The notes under the pieces were generated by a model that was not told the DNA's origin, ran no database searches, and saw nothing but the letters and a program-made list of their open reading frames with translations. From contig NC_058383.1 in the NCBI RefSeq assembly GCF_018350175.1, forward strand, positions 5,582,001 to 5,646,000: 64,000 bases of DNA, in the 5' to 3' direction. How positions within the stretch are numbered: the first letter of the stretch is position 1; each line of letters opens with the position of its first letter. Positions 62,918 through 64,000 of the stretch are shown here, in pieces. The stretch is from Felis catus. Its lineage: Eukaryota. Both the position numbers and the translations under genes were made by a program.

Positions 62918-63054
62918 CTGGAACGCAGACCCGTTGAAGCCCGGCCCCCAGCTCCGGTGGGACTGTGGGGATGGCAACAGGGAGAGCAGAGCAAGGACCC
63001 GGAGCACCCCAAACCCGCCCTGGGCCTCGCCACCCCCACCCCAGGCACCCAGAC

Positions 63055-63161
63055 CTGGTCCAGGGGCCCCACGGACACTTGGCGCACGTTGTTGGACACA
63101 TGCTCCCAGCTGGAGCCCTGCGGGTAGCTGGGCGTCACCCCCTGGCGATACCACAGGTTTC
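63055..63161 (-). CDS. TECPR1: TECPR1 coding exon (tectonin repeat)
   Basis: ctctccccag|GA AAC... (G)NLWYRQGVTPSYPQGSSWEHVSNNVRQVSVGPLDQ|gtctgg; 107 nt. Confidence 0.92.
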
Positions 63162-63851
63162 CTGGGGAGAGAAGGGCCCAGAACGTTGGAATGGGGCCGG
63201 AGACGGAGGGGGCCGGACCACACTTCCGGGGGCTCCTGCGTCCCCAGAGAGAAAGCAGCTCAGGCCGGAGCCGGCTCTGCCCTCTCCACGCTGCCCTCCA
63301 CCTGAGCCGCATGATCGTCCCGCTGTGCCGGGCTGGCACCGTCGCGCTCTCTCTACGCATGAGAAACTGAGGACAAGGAATTCTTTAAACAAATACAGAG
63401 AACAGGGCCTGGGCACAAAGCCCTGGTTCCAGTCCTGACTCTGCCCTCTCTTCACCTTGCTTTGCGACAACAGCCGCAGAGCAGAAAAGGGAACTGGCGA
63501 GATCCCTGTCCGAGGTGGCACAGGTAGGTGACCTCCGCCGGCCCCGAGCTGCCCGCGGGACTCCCGCGTGGCAGGCCCGAGTGGTACCCTCTAGGAGACG
63601 CTCCCAGCAGCCACGCGGCATTGCCTGGCCTCGGCCCCACGCCCTCTGCTAAGGCCCAGGCAGCCCTGACCAGCCTGCGTGGCTCGTGAGACGGACTCAT
63701 TCGGAGGCTGATCTCAGGCTGATGGCCCCTCGTGGTGGCTTAGCGAGGTCTTATGTCAGGGACCGGGGCTGGTGAGGGTCTCATCCCACTGCGGTAGCTC
63801 AGGGAACCCCTAATCTCCCCTGGTGGTCACTGAGGATCAGAAACAACTTGC

Positions 63852-63944
63852 CGTTTTCATCCAAGGCATACACTGACGTCTGCCCCACGGACACCTGCTT
63901 CAGTCTCTGCTTGGGGGGGGACGGGATGTGGTACCAGCAGTCAC
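63852..63944 (-). CDS. TECPR1: TECPR1 coding exon (tectonin repeat), ends at a GC donor
   Basis: gctgcag|GT GAC... (G)DCWYHIPSPPKQRLKQVSVGQTSVYALDEN(G)|gcaagt; 93 nt; joins the next exon in frame as DENGNLWY. Confidence 0.9.
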
Positions 63945-64000
63945 CTGCAGCGAGCGCGAGGTCGGACTCAGGATGTAGCTGGGAGACTCCGATCCTGCCC

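Overview
Mammalian genomic DNA, almost certainly carnivore and probably cat (Felidae), judging from the many tRNA-derived CanSINE/SINEC_Fc-type elements. The window holds the LMTK2 - BHLHA15 - TECPR1 block. (1) LMTK2 (+) is present as 11 coding exons, numbered 4-14 by analogy to human, from 7604 to the stop at 52158. They include a 2983-nt exon and are followed by a ~3.8-kb 3'UTR ending near 55965; exons 1-3 lie upstream of the window. (2) BHLHA15/MIST1 (+) is complete: CpG-island promoter, short non-coding exon 1 and a single coding exon at 58112-58675. (3) TECPR1 (-) contributes its last four coding exons and its 3'UTR, converging on BHLHA15 near 61.1 kb. All exon phases were checked by hand and join in frame. 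The LMTK2 introns are rich in CanSINE, L1, L2, MIR, Tigger2 and microsatellites, while 50-64 kb has no recognisable CanSINE. I found no prokaryotic-type system, CRISPR array or novel protein-coding gene. The most interesting observations are RNA-level: inverted CanSINEs bracketing LMTK2 exons 10-11 (predicted circRNA), a palindromic bidirectional poly(A) element between BHLHA15 and TECPR1, a GC-AG intron and a direct-repeat-flanked intron in TECPR1, an AATAAA inside a 3' splice site, and nested or serial SINE insertions. Repeat boundaries are approximate, and comparisons to human are from memory.
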